Below are positions 1 through 9,474 of a DNA stretch of 64,000 bases, one piece after another. Under the pieces are notes generated by a model, which had not been told where the DNA came from, ran no database searches, and saw only the letters and a program-made list of their open reading frames with translations. Origin of the DNA: Candidatus Zixiibacteriota bacterium. GTDB lineage: Bacteria; Zixibacteria; MSB-5A5; GN15; FEB-12. The first letter of the stretch is position 1; every line of letters begins with the position of its first letter. Location: positions 14,554 through 78,553 of the forward strand of contig DAISVY010000006.1 of assembly GCA_036826635.1 (NCBI GenBank), in the 5' to 3' direction. The translations under genes and the position numbers were made by a program.

Positions 1-218
1 CTCTTGCGGCGTTCGTGATTCAGATGCTGGCCCAGAAAATAACCTCGCCGCTTCGGGTCTCTCTCATTTTCGCGCTGGAACCGGTTTTCGCCGCCCTGTT
101 CGCCTGGACACTGGGGGGCGAGGAATTCGTGGCCCGTCGGGCTTTGGGCGGTTTGCTGATTTTCGTCGCCCTGGTGCTTTCCGGGTTGCCTTTGCCCCGC
201 CGCACCCGTGAGGAGTGA
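1..218 (+). CDS. EamA/DMT-family transporter, C-terminal fragment (5' end lies outside the window)
   Basis: The reading frame is open from the window edge (same frame as ORF 15..218). It encodes hydrophobic helices and an EPVFAALFAW-type motif typical of the last EamA repeat, with a stop at 216-218. Confidence 0.6.
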   Translation, partial: LAAFVIQMLAQKITSPLRVSLIFALEPVFAALFAWTLGGEEFVARRALGGLLIFVALVLSGLPLPRRTREE

Positions 219-286
219 TTCATTCCTGCCTTGACACCCGTTCCTGTTAGCCTATGTTGTGCCTTTACTGAAGAACACGAGCATCT

Positions 287-1468
287 ATGCACAAGAAACC
301 TCGCCGGTATCGACTCATCGCCAAGACCCTGACAGGACTCGAAGAAGTTCTGGAACGCGAGCTGATTGCTCTGGGCGGAGAAAACGTTCGGGTAATGAAT
401 CGCTCGGTCGAGTTTCACGGTGACACCGAACTGCTCTATCGGGCCAACCTGTGGTGTCGCACCGCCACCCGCATACTCAAGCCGGTGCGGACGTTCAAAG
501 CAAGCAACAGCGACCAGCTCTATAAACACGTCAAAGCGGTCGACTGGTCGCGCTTTATTGACGCCGATTCCACCCTGGCGGTCGATTCCGCAATACATCA
601 CAGCGCTTTCGACAACTCGATGTTCGTCTCTCAGCGAGTGAAAGACGCCGTGGTCGACCAGTTCCGAAAGAGCACGGGGCGACGGCCTTCGGTCGATACC
701 CACAACCCCGACCTGCGCCTGAACGTGCACATCCACGAAAGCCAGGCGACGCTGTCGCTGGATTCTTCCGGCGAACCTTTGCATCGACGCGGTTGGCGTA
801 CCCAGGCGGGCCCGGCTCCACTGAATGAGGTTCTGGCCGCCGGCATCATTGCCCTGAGCGGTTGGGACGGTGTCCGACCGCTGGTCGACGGCATGTGCGG
901 TTCGGGAACACTGGTAATCGAAGCCGCCACGGCCGCGCGCAATATCGCGCCCGGTCTGGGCCGGCAGGAATTCGGCTTTATGCGTTGGAAGGATTTCGAT
1001 TCCGAGCTTTTCCGACAACTCCGGCTGGAAGCCCGAAGCGCCATCAACCATGAACCGACAGGCGATATCCTGGGTTCGGACAGCGACGCAACAATCGTGG
1101 CCGAGGCCCGCGCCAATGCCAGCCGGGCCGGAGTGGCCGAGAATATACGCCTGGAATGTCAGCCTTTCGAACGGTTGACACCTCCCGCGGGACCGGGCGT
1201 GCTGGTGATGAATCCACCTTACGGCGAGCGGATGGAAGTGGCGAATATCGCCGCGCTTTATACCACCATCGGCGATACGCTGAAACAGCGCTACGAGGGG
1301 TATAACGCTTTTATCCTGACCGGCAATCTTGACGCGGCCAAGCGGGTCGGACTTCGCACTTCCCGACGGACGAAGCTGTTCAACGGCCCGCTGGAATGTC
1401 GATTGTTGAAATACGAAATGTATTCAGGCAGCAAAAAAGGGACTAAAAATCTCTCGCCGGACAATTGA
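287..1468 (+). CDS. THUMP-domain class I SAM-dependent RNA methyltransferase (RlmL/RlmK N-terminal-like, COG0116)
   Basis: 393 aa. The N-terminal part is THUMP-like, followed by a SAM-binding DGMCGSGT motif and the catalytic NPPYGER motif. Confidence 0.8.
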   Translation: MHKKPRRYRLIAKTLTGLEEVLERELIALGGENVRVMNRSVEFHGDTELLYRANLWCRTATRILKPVRTFKASNSDQLYKHVKAVDWSRFIDADSTLAVDSAIHHSAFDNSMFVSQRVKDAVVDQFRKSTGRRPSVDTHNPDLRLNVHIHESQATLSLDSSGEPLHRRGWRTQAGPAPLNEVLAAGIIALSGWDGVRPLVDGMCGSGTLVIEAATAARNIAPGLGRQEFGFMRWKDFDSELFRQLRLEARSAINHEPTGDILGSDSDATIVAEARANASRAGVAENIRLECQPFERLTPPAGPGVLVMNPPYGERMEVANIAALYTTIGDTLKQRYEGYNAFILTGNLDAAKRVGLRTSRRTKLFNGPLECRLLKYEMYSGSKKGTKNLSPDN

Positions 1469-1528
1469 GCAACACCATACCCGTCTTTGGGTAAGTGCTT
1501 TCGGACGATAATCCGTTTACTCCCGCGT

Positions 1529-2725
1529 TCAGATACGCTCGAAAGCCTGTTCCAGGTCGGCTTTCAAATCATCTATCTCTTCTATTCCCGCCGAAAGTCG
1601 AATCAAATCGTTGGTGATGCCCGAAGCTTCCCGGGCTTTCTCCGATACGCCCGAGTGAGTCATCGAAGCCGGGTGCTGCACCAGTGATTCCACCCCGCCC
1701 AGCGATACGGCCAGCGTGATCAACTGCAGATTATTCAGCAACACGGTGGCTTTGTCGTAACCGCCCTTGACGCCAAACGTGAGCATGCATCCCGGACCGC
1801 GCATCTGGTTACCTTCGACCACCAATTTATACTGGGGATGATCTTCGAAACCCGGATACCGCACCCAGGCCACTTTGGGATGGTTTCGCAGGTACTCGGC
1901 CAGGGCTATAGCGTTCTGCTGCATCCGTTCCATTCTCAGCCCGAGGGTTTTGACACCGGTATTGAACAAATCGGCACAATCCGGCGAGAGCACACCGCCC
2001 CGGTTCACCACGCTGTTGCGAAGCCGATAGAAGTCCTTCTCGGCCGCCGCCACCAGCATACCGCCGATGGCGTTGGCGTGTCCGCCTATCGACTTGGTCA
2101 TCGAATGCAAAACGACGTCCGCCCCCAGATCGAGCGGGTTCTGCAAATACGGCGAGCAAAATGTATTGTCAACCACTAAGGGAATCTCGGCCCCCTGTGC
2201 GATTTCGGCCAGTTGGGCGATATCACTGATCGCCAGGGTCGGATTGGCCGGCGTTTCGACATAGAGAAGTCTGGTCTGCGGAATCTGGACGGCTTCAAGG
2301 ACTCGTTCCAAGTCTGACGTATCAAGGAATGTCGCCCGCACGCCCCATTTGGCGAAGAAATCCGCTTTCTCAAGTATGCTCCGCGACGGACCGTAAATAG
2401 AACCCGTCGCCACAATATGGCTGGTGGCGTCAAGGTAAGTGAAATACACCGCCTCTACCGCCGCCATTCCGGACGCGGTCGCGATACCACCGTAGCCGTG
2501 TTCCAGCGCCGCGATCTTTTTTTCCAGCGCATCCACACCCGGGCTGAACAACCGTGCATAGATACCCTCTTTCATGGAACTGGTAAAACGAGCCGCCCCG
2601 TCCTCGCAACTCTCAAAAGCGTAAGTTGAAGATCGCTCCAGGGGAGGATTCACCGGACCGCGCCGCGCATGATACCCGGCATGAACGGCCAGGGAATTGA
2701 ATCCGAGTTTCTTATTGTCACTCAT
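1529..2725 (-). CDS. PLP-dependent Cys/Met-metabolism enzyme, methionine gamma-lyase-like
   Basis: 398 aa. It carries the trans-sulfuration family signature HSMTKSIGGH (PLP lysine), an N-terminal AVHAG...RSSTYAF...GAARF...GIYARL pattern and an ASGMAAV motif. Its length fits MGL/CGS better than OAH sulfhydrylase. Confidence 0.8.
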   Translation of the reverse strand: MSDNKKLGFNSLAVHAGYHARRGPVNPPLERSSTYAFESCEDGAARFTSSMKEGIYARLFSPGVDALEKKIAALEHGYGGIATASGMAAVEAVYFTYLDATSHIVATGSIYGPSRSILEKADFFAKWGVRATFLDTSDLERVLEAVQIPQTRLLYVETPANPTLAISDIAQLAEIAQGAEIPLVVDNTFCSPYLQNPLDLGADVVLHSMTKSIGGHANAIGGMLVAAAEKDFYRLRNSVVNRGGVLSPDCADLFNTGVKTLGLRMERMQQNAIALAEYLRNHPKVAWVRYPGFEDHPQYKLVVEGNQMRGPGCMLTFGVKGGYDKATVLLNNLQLITLAVSLGGVESLVQHPASMTHSGVSEKAREASGITNDLIRLSAGIEEIDDLKADLEQAFERI

Positions 2726-2818
2726 TTTGTCACCTTTTGCTTTTCTGGCCGACTTTTTCCCCTCATTGCCCGGTCTCGACGCAAAATCTACCCGATTACG
2801 ACCGCGATTGCAATCGGT

Positions 2819-3565
2819 TTAGCTTAATCCGATCCCGAGAGCCTCAAGCAACTGAGTCATAGCCGTGGTGGCTTTGTCCTGAAGGAACACATCCGTTATC
2901 TGATAAGTGTAATTTGATTCCAGCGTGTTCATTTCGATAATGGCCGCCCCGTTTTGTTTGGCTACCCGGGGAATCATGGAAGCCGGAACAACTTCTCCGG
3001 TCGTCCCGATAACCAGAAAGACATCGGCCGTCTCCGCTTCGTGCAGCGACCGAAGGTAAGCATCATGCGGTATGGGTTCACCGAAGAATACAAAATCAGG
3101 TTTAAGCAAACCGCCGCAGTTGCCGCAATGGGGCGGAAGCGCTCCCAGATCGATATTGGCTACGGGATAGCGTTCACCGCATTTCAGACAGATAAGATAT
3201 TGCGAATTGCCGTGGAACTCGTACACCTCGCGGCTTCCGGCCACCTGGTGAAGGTTGTCGATATTCTGTGTTATAACGGCCTGTAGCAACCCCTCCCGCT
3301 CCATGGCGGCCAGTCCCTTGTGGGCGGCGTTCGGCCTGGCCTGACCGAAGAAATCGTAGAAGATTTCCTTGATAACCACCCAGGCGTCTTCCGGGTTGGC
3401 TCGGAAATAGGATATATCCAGACAGCCGGGATCATACTTGCTCCACAGACCGTCCTCGCCCCGAAACGGCGGAATACCGCTTTCCACCGATATCCCGGCC
3501 CCCGTAAACGCGGTCACCCGCCGGGCGTTTCGGATCAACTCTGCGGCTTTTTCGTAAACAGACAT
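2819..3565 (-). CDS. cobB: Sir2-family NAD-dependent protein deacylase
   Basis: 248 aa with the motifs GAGISVESGIPPFRG, QNIDNLH, a Zn ribbon CLKC...CGNCGG, and the catalytic H in EFHGN. Confidence 0.9.
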   Translation of the reverse strand: MSVYEKAAELIRNARRVTAFTGAGISVESGIPPFRGEDGLWSKYDPGCLDISYFRANPEDAWVVIKEIFYDFFGQARPNAAHKGLAAMEREGLLQAVITQNIDNLHQVAGSREVYEFHGNSQYLICLKCGERYPVANIDLGALPPHCGNCGGLLKPDFVFFGEPIPHDAYLRSLHEAETADVFLVIGTTGEVVPASMIPRVAKQNGAAIIEMNTLESNYTYQITDVFLQDKATTAMTQLLEALGIGLS

Positions 3566-3570
3566 TTTCT

Positions 3571-5775
3571 TTACTTCTCTACCACGACCGCTACATCACG
3601 ACGTGGTTCTACTTCTCCGATAACAGCAGCTTCACCAACACCATGCTGCTGCAAAGCGACCGCAAGGGCCTGCGCCTTATCGGCCGGCACGGAAATGAGC
3701 AGCCCGCCCGACGTTTGAGCGTCATTCAGCAGGAACTGTCTTGTTTCCGACAGCGTGGCGTCGTATTGCACCTGCGCCCTGGTGAAGGAATGATTGTCGG
3801 CGGTGCCGCCGGGAATAAGACCCGACACGGCCAGATCGACCACATCGGGCAGGAACGGAACGTTATCGGCCCGGACAATGGCACTGCATTTCGACCCGTT
3901 CATCATTTCCGTAAGGTGCCCCAGTAATCCGAACCCCGTAACGTCGGTACAGGCGTTAACCCCGACCGTCTGCATTGCCTCGGCGGCCGCTTTGTTCAAG
4001 GTTGCCATGGTACGGGTCAAGATATCAGCCTGAGAAGCGTCCAGCAATCCACGCTTGAGAGCCGTAGACAGAATGCCGGTCCCCAGTGGCTTGGTCAGTA
4101 TCAGAACATCGCCCGGCCTGGCACCCCGGTTGGTTACGATCCGTTCGGGATCAATTATGCCGGTTACGGCCAGACCGAATTTCGGCTCGGTATCGTCCAC
4201 CGTGTGACCACCGATAATAGCAATCCCGGCCTCGCGAGCTTTGTCCAGCGCGCCCTTAAGTATCTCTTCAAGCACCCTCATCGGCAACCGATTGCTGGGG
4301 AACCCCACGATATTCAGAGCAAACAACGCCCTGGCCCCCATGGCGTAAATGTCACTCAGCGAATTGGTGGCGGCAATAGCCCCGAACTGGTACGGATCAT
4401 CGACTATGGGGGTAAAGAAATCCACCGTCTGCACGATTGCCGTGTGATCATCCAGACGATAAACGGCGGCATCATCGGACGTATCAGTGCCTACCAGAAT
4501 AGCGGGATCATCGGGCACCGGCAATTGCTGAAGCACCTTTTCCAGAAGCTGCGGACGCAGTTTGCAGGCACAACCCAATCCATGGGTATATCGGGTCAGC
4601 TTGATCTCGTCACCGTCGCTCGCTACCGGTGCCGGTGCCCCCTCCGGCGACAGGCTCCCGACTACGCGAGCTGTTTCTTCGATGGCCCGGTCGATCTCAT
4701 CGACTGTCGTGAAACGGCCGGTCGAAAAACGTATTGTCCCCATCGCCCATTCCAGCGGTATTTTCATCGCCTGCAGCACACTGGATATCTCGACACTCTC
4801 GCTGTGGCAGGCCGCCCCGGCCGATGCCGCCACCTGGTCAAGTTCCGAAAGAATGGTGTCGGCTTCCAGCCCCCGGAAACTGACACTGAGGGTATTGGAC
4901 AATCTTTTCTGCGGATGACCATTGACGCGAAGATCAGAAATATGCTCCTGCAAACCGTTTTCGAGACGATCCCGCATGGCCTTCAGGTGAGCGGCGTGTT
5001 TATCCAGATCCTGCCCGGCCAGTTCGCAGGCTTTGCCCAGAGCGACTATTTCAATTACGTTCTCGGTACCGGCTCGCCAGTTCCTTTCATGATCGGCGCC
5101 ATGGACCTGTTTTTCCAAATGCACGCCGGAGCGAATATACAGAGCGCCAATACCCTTGGGCGCATACAGCTTATGTCCGGCCACCGAAAGCAGATCGACT
5201 TTCAGATCATCCACCTTCACCGGGATTTTGCCGAGCGACTGGGCGCAATCGGTGTGCATCAGAATACCGCACCGACGGGCCATTTCGGCTATCTCGGCAA
5301 TCGGTTCGATAGTCCCCACTTCGTTGTTGGCGTGCATGATCGTAATCAGGATCGTCTGCGGCGTAACGGCTTCTTCCACCCGGGCCGGATCTACCAGTCC
5401 GTATTGATCGACCGGAAGATAGGTCACCCGCACGCCCCGAGTTTCAAGGTACTTGCAGACCTCGATAACGGCCGGATGTTCCACGGCGGAAGTTATGATA
5501 TGATTGCCCTTGTCCCGGTATGCCCGGGCCACGCCTTTAATCGCGTAGTTGTTGGATTCGGAACCGCCACTGGTGAAAACAATCTCTTCGCTGCTGCAAC
5601 CAAGCAGATCGGCTACCTGCCGACGGGCGATATCGACCGCTTTCCGGGCGGTGGCGCCGAAAGCATGGCTGCTGGAAGGATTGCCAAAATGCTCATTAAT
5701 AAACGGCAACATGGCCTGGCCGACCCGGGGATCAATGGGGGTAGTGGCGTTGTAGTCAAGATATATCGGTTTCAT
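3571..5775 (-). CDS. selD: Fusion protein: NifS-type cysteine desulfurase/selenocysteine lyase (N-terminal) plus selenophosphate synthetase SelD (C-terminal, Cys form)
   Basis: 734 aa. Residues 1 to about 385 are class V aminotransferase-like (LDYNATTP, PLP lysine in SVAGHKLYAPKG, active-site Cys in SAGAACHS). A short Pro/Ala linker follows, and then a complete SelD (LTRYTHGLGCACKL, DDAAVYRL, VQTVDFFTPIVDDPYQFGAIAATNSLSDIYAMGA, GGHTVDD). Confidence 0.9.
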   Translation of the reverse strand: MKPIYLDYNATTPIDPRVGQAMLPFINEHFGNPSSSHAFGATARKAVDIARRQVADLLGCSSEEIVFTSGGSESNNYAIKGVARAYRDKGNHIITSAVEHPAVIEVCKYLETRGVRVTYLPVDQYGLVDPARVEEAVTPQTILITIMHANNEVGTIEPIAEIAEMARRCGILMHTDCAQSLGKIPVKVDDLKVDLLSVAGHKLYAPKGIGALYIRSGVHLEKQVHGADHERNWRAGTENVIEIVALGKACELAGQDLDKHAAHLKAMRDRLENGLQEHISDLRVNGHPQKRLSNTLSVSFRGLEADTILSELDQVAASAGAACHSESVEISSVLQAMKIPLEWAMGTIRFSTGRFTTVDEIDRAIEETARVVGSLSPEGAPAPVASDGDEIKLTRYTHGLGCACKLRPQLLEKVLQQLPVPDDPAILVGTDTSDDAAVYRLDDHTAIVQTVDFFTPIVDDPYQFGAIAATNSLSDIYAMGARALFALNIVGFPSNRLPMRVLEEILKGALDKAREAGIAIIGGHTVDDTEPKFGLAVTGIIDPERIVTNRGARPGDVLILTKPLGTGILSTALKRGLLDASQADILTRTMATLNKAAAEAMQTVGVNACTDVTGFGLLGHLTEMMNGSKCSAIVRADNVPFLPDVVDLAVSGLIPGGTADNHSFTRAQVQYDATLSETRQFLLNDAQTSGGLLISVPADKAQALAVALQQHGVGEAAVIGEVEPRRDVAVVVEK

Positions 5776-5948
5776 TATATACAGCTCCCGCCGTGGGCGG
5801 ATCAGAAACGGCAGTTTTCGTGAATCGTCCAGAGCCTATTTATCGACTTCCCGACGCAAAATCAAGTCCCTAATGCACTCCGAACACCAACAAATCGGGG
5901 TTTCCCTTGCGAGAAACCCCTGAAATGACAAAGTATCGTCGGTTTGGT

Positions 5949-7073
5949 CTAACCAAAAGTCGCCAGCAATATCCCGGCCCCGACAGCCGAACCGATGACT
6001 CCGGCCAGGTTGGGCGCCATAGCGTGCATTATCAGGAAATTGTTGGGATCTTCCTGGGCCCCGACCATCTGGCAAACTCGCGCGGAAATCGGGACGGCAG
6101 AAACACCGGCGGCCCCGATTATCGGATTAATACCCTGACGCGATAAGCGGTTCATCAGCTTGGCAAACAATACGCCGGAGGCGGTGGCCACACAGAACGA
6201 GGCGGCACCCAGAACGAAAATCTTAATCGATGTTACCGTCAAGAACCGACTGGCATCGGTCGAAGCCCCGACCGTCAGACCGAGCAGAATCGTCACGATG
6301 TCAACGAAAGCCGTTCGGGCCGTTGAAGCCAGTCTTTCAGTAACCCCGCACTCTTTGAGCAGGTTGCCGAGGAACAGGAAACCAAGCAGGTTGACAGAAC
6401 CCGGAGCTATGAATCCCGTTATCAGAAACGCAATGATCGGGAAGAGAATTCTAAGCCGCTTGCTGACCGGTTTGGATGGTTTCATCCGAATCAGGCGTTC
6501 CTTTTTGGTGGTCAGCAGCTTTATGATAGGCGGTTGAATAACAGGCACGAGCGCCATGTAGGAATATGCCGACACGGCAACAGCTCCCAGAAATTGAGGA
6601 GCCAGTTTTGAAGACAGGAAAATGGCCGTCGGACCGTCGGCACCACCGATAATTCCGATGGCTGCCGCGTCTTTGTACCCGAATCCCAACAGCACAGCCC
6701 CGAGAAAGGTCAGAAAGATTCCCGCCTGGGCGGCCGCTCCAAGCAGGATCAGCCGCGGGTTGGCCAGCATGCAGGAGAAATCGGTCATGGCTCCTATGCC
6801 AAGGAAAACCAGCGGCGGGTACCAACCCTGCGTAACACCCGTGTAGAGGATGCTGAGCACGCTGTTCTCCTCGTAGATGCCGATCTCCATACCCGGCTCA
6901 AAAGGAATGTTACCGACCAGAACGCCGAAACCGATGGGAACCAGCAGCAGCGGCTCGTAATCCTTGACTATTCCCAAGTACAGGAGAATACAGCCCACCA
7001 CGATCATGCCAAGATTGCCGAAGGTTAGGTGACCCACCGCCCCGGTCTGAATGAAATTCAGAAATATATCCAT
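5949..7073 (-). CDS. mmdB: Na+-translocating decarboxylase beta subunit (OadB/MmdB/GcdB family membrane pump)
   Basis: 374 aa polytopic membrane protein with the family-typical start MDIFLNFIQTGA...LTFGN and a GAAGVSAVP...ARV segment. It is the last gene of the decarboxylase cluster. Confidence 0.85.
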   Translation of the reverse strand: MDIFLNFIQTGAVGHLTFGNLGMIVVGCILLYLGIVKDYEPLLLVPIGFGVLVGNIPFEPGMEIGIYEENSVLSILYTGVTQGWYPPLVFLGIGAMTDFSCMLANPRLILLGAAAQAGIFLTFLGAVLLGFGYKDAAAIGIIGGADGPTAIFLSSKLAPQFLGAVAVSAYSYMALVPVIQPPIIKLLTTKKERLIRMKPSKPVSKRLRILFPIIAFLITGFIAPGSVNLLGFLFLGNLLKECGVTERLASTARTAFVDIVTILLGLTVGASTDASRFLTVTSIKIFVLGAASFCVATASGVLFAKLMNRLSRQGINPIIGAAGVSAVPISARVCQMVGAQEDPNNFLIMHAMAPNLAGVIGSAVGAGILLATFG

Positions 7074-7101
7074 GAGTTGCTCCTATAGGAACTACGGCGA
7101 G

Positions 7102-7500
7102 CTATTCCAGTTCGACCAGGACCTGGCTTTCGCGGACGGAATCTCCGGCGGCGACGGGGATGGCTTTGACTTTGCCGGAAGCAGGAGCGGCAATGGAGGT
7201 TTTCATTTTCATGGCTTCAATCACGAGCAACACCTGACCTTTGGTGATCGACTCCCCGACCTTGCACTTGATCTCGATAATTGTACCGGCGATGGGCGAA
7301 GCCACCGAGTTGTCGCTACCCGGCGCGGCGGGCGGAGTTGAAGCGCCCGAAGGGGGGGCCAGGGGTGTACGGCCATTCGGTTTTGCGGCAACGGGCCTCA
7401 CCTTCGGCAGGACGCCGCTTGGCGGGAATCCCTCGCCGGGGTCAAGCACTTCCACGTCTACTTCGTAAGCAACCCCATGAACTGTTATCTTTAGTTTCAT
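7102..7500 (-). CDS. Biotin carboxyl-carrier subunit of the decarboxylase (MmdC-like)
   Basis: 132 aa. It has an N-terminal beta domain, a Pro/Ala-rich linker and a C-terminal biotinyl domain with the EAMKM biotin-lysine motif. Confidence 0.85.
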   Translation of the reverse strand: MKLKITVHGVAYEVDVEVLDPGEGFPPSGVLPKVRPVAAKPNGRTPLAPPSGASTPPAAPGSDNSVASPIAGTIIEIKCKVGESITKGQVLLVIEAMKMKTSIAAPASGKVKAIPVAAGDSVRESQVLVELE

Positions 7501-7551
7501 CTCTCGTCTCCTAAGACTCTGTCATCCACGAACGTATGAAAAAGTATTTTC

Positions 7552-7896
7552 TTATCTTCCCCGACGATGCACATGCGAACCGTGAAGAATCGCTCGTCCC
7601 TGCGACGACCACGGTCCGGACATAGCGTCGACCGGCAGCAGTTTCTTGACGCTGCGAATGAAATACCGGCCCTGAAGCATGGTCGCCACTGCGGCCGTAA
7701 TCAGAACAAGCGTAAGCGAATCAATATTCTGTTCTTTCTCACCGGCGGCTTTCTTCTGGGCCGCTTCGCGGTCCTCCCACTTGGCGTCGAGTCGCCGAAC
7801 GAGTGATATCACCATCACAATAATGGCCAAGGCCACAAACACGATCAGGATACCGATCACCGAGAAACTGAGACTGAAGCTCATTGTATCTGACAT
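7552..7896 (-). CDS. Small membrane subunit of the Na+ decarboxylase (OadG/MmdD-like)
   Basis: 114 aa. An N-terminal TM helix is followed by a charged linker and a LITAAVATML segment, as in OadG-family proteins. Its position between the carboxyltransferase and carrier genes supports the call. Confidence 0.6.
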   Translation of the reverse strand: MSDTMSFSLSFSVIGILIVFVALAIIVMVISLVRRLDAKWEDREAAQKKAAGEKEQNIDSLTLVLITAAVATMLQGRYFIRSVKKLLPVDAMSGPWSSQGRAILHGSHVHRRGR

Positions 7897-7911
7897 GTTA
7901 TCACCCTGTTT

Positions 7912-9474
7912 CTAAAGCGGAATCAAACCGTGTTTTTTGTTGGGACGGAGTTCACGCTTTGCCTTCAGCACATCCAGGGCCGCGGCAAGATAGGCACGGG
8001 TTTCGGCGGGTTCGATAATTTCGTCGACCATGCCGTGTCCGGCGGCAAAGTAGGGATTGGCGAAGGTGTTCTTGTATTCTTCAAGACGCCGGGTTCGCTC
8101 CGCGGCGGGATCATCGGCTTCTTTGATTTCTTTTCGGTACAGCACATTGACGGCGCCCTCGGCTCCCATCACGGCGATCTCCGCACTCGGCCAGGCACAA
8201 AGGCGGTCGGCCCCCATGCTCTTGGCGCACATAGCCAGAAAAGCACCGCCGTAAGCCTTGCGCACCACCACGGTCAGTTTGGGCACGGTGGCCGAGGCAT
8301 AGGAAAAGAGCATCTTGGCCCCATGCCGGATAATACCGCCGTACTCCTGCTGGACACCGGGAAGAAAACCGGGAACGTCGACGAACGTTATGACGGGGAT
8401 ATTAAAAGCATTGCAAAAACGGATAAACCGCGAAGCCTTATCCGAAGAGTCGATATCCAGCACTCCCGCCTTAACCATCGGCTGATTGGCGATAATACCC
8501 ACCGACCGACCGGTCAACCGGGCAAAGCCTACAATAATGTTGGCCGCGAACTGCTCCTGCACTTCCATGAAATCGGCATTATCCACCACCCCGCATATGA
8601 TGTCCCGCATGTCATAGGGTTCCCCGGGATCGTCGGGGATTATGTTGTTCATACTTTCGTCGGGACCGATCTCTTCCTCGTACAAATCCGGATAGAAAGG
8701 GGGATCCTCGGTGTTATTGCTCGGCAGGAAAGACAACAGGCGTTTGGTAATATATATGGCGTCCTCGCCGTTCTCGGCCGTGAAATGTACCACGCCCGAG
8801 TAGTGAGCATGGCTTTCCACCCCACCCAGTTGCTCGGCCGAGATATCTTCCCCGGTAACCTGCTTGATCACCAGCGGACCGGTGATATACAACTGCCCCT
8901 CATGCCGCACCTGAATGATGAAATCGGTCAGAGCAGGCGAATAGGCCGCGCCACCGGCGCAGGGACCGGCGATAATGCTTATTTGCGGTACGACACCGGA
9001 GAGAAGCACATTACGATAAAAGACCCCGCCGTAAGCCGAAAGGGCATCGACACCTTCCTGAATCCGCGCTCCGCCACTGTCGTTAATAAAAATGAACGGA
9101 TCGCCCGTTTTCAGAGCGTCGTCCATGATCTGCTGAATCTTGCGACCGGTAGCTTCTCCCACCGAGCCCCCGGCCACGGTGAAATCCTGACTGGCGGCGT
9201 ACACCGGCCGACCGTCAATAATGCCGTGTCCGGTAACTACCCCCTCACCGGGGAACTCCTTGTCTGCCATGCCGAAATCCCGGCAGCGGTTCCGCATGAA
9301 CAGACCGGACTCGTCAAAAGTATCCTCATCAAAAAGAAGAGCAAGCCTCTCGCGAGCCGTCAGCTTGCCCAATTCGTGCTGCTTGGCAATGCGCTTGTCA
9401 CCGCCCCCCTTGTGCAGCCGTTCTTTTCTCTTCCTAAGATCATCTATTTTCGATTCCGCCATCAGCATCATCAC
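7912..9474 (-). CDS. mmdA: Methylmalonyl-CoA decarboxylase alpha subunit / acyl-CoA carboxyltransferase (PccB family)
   Basis: 520 aa with GGGDKRIAKQHELGKLTARERL, DSGGARIQEG and GPCAGGAAYSPALTDF motifs, closely matching the pattern of MmdA/PccB. Several Met codons lie at the 5' end, so the exact start is ambiguous (9462-9474). Confidence 0.9.
   Translation of the reverse strand: MMMLMAESKIDDLRKRKERLHKGGGDKRIAKQHELGKLTARERLALLFDEDTFDESGLFMRNRCRDFGMADKEFPGEGVVTGHGIIDGRPVYAASQDFTVAGGSVGEATGRKIQQIMDDALKTGDPFIFINDSGGARIQEGVDALSAYGGVFYRNVLLSGVVPQISIIAGPCAGGAAYSPALTDFIIQVRHEGQLYITGPLVIKQVTGEDISAEQLGGVESHAHYSGVVHFTAENGEDAIYITKRLLSFLPSNNTEDPPFYPDLYEEEIGPDESMNNIIPDDPGEPYDMRDIICGVVDNADFMEVQEQFAANIIVGFARLTGRSVGIIANQPMVKAGVLDIDSSDKASRFIRFCNAFNIPVITFVDVPGFLPGVQQEYGGIIRHGAKMLFSYASATVPKLTVVVRKAYGGAFLAMCAKSMGADRLCAWPSAEIAVMGAEGAVNVLYRKEIKEADDPAAERTRRLEEYKNTFANPYFAAGHGMVDEIIEPAETRAYLAAALDVLKAKRELRPNKKHGLIPL

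Noticed and set aside
20-1051. 343-aa ORF on the minus strand
   Set aside because: It is antisense to the THUMP methyltransferase and the EamA fragment, and it has no motifs. The same reasoning applies to the other long antisense ORFs: 12466..13530, 14505..15623, 22558..23739, 29525..30661, 44588..45421, 47556..48518, 54843..55730 and 60022..60678.
4204-5823. 539-aa ORF on the plus strand
   Set aside because: It lies entirely antisense to the well-supported NifS::SelD gene. Its composition is Arg/Gly/Pro/His-rich and low in information, as is typical of shadow ORFs in GC-rich DNA.
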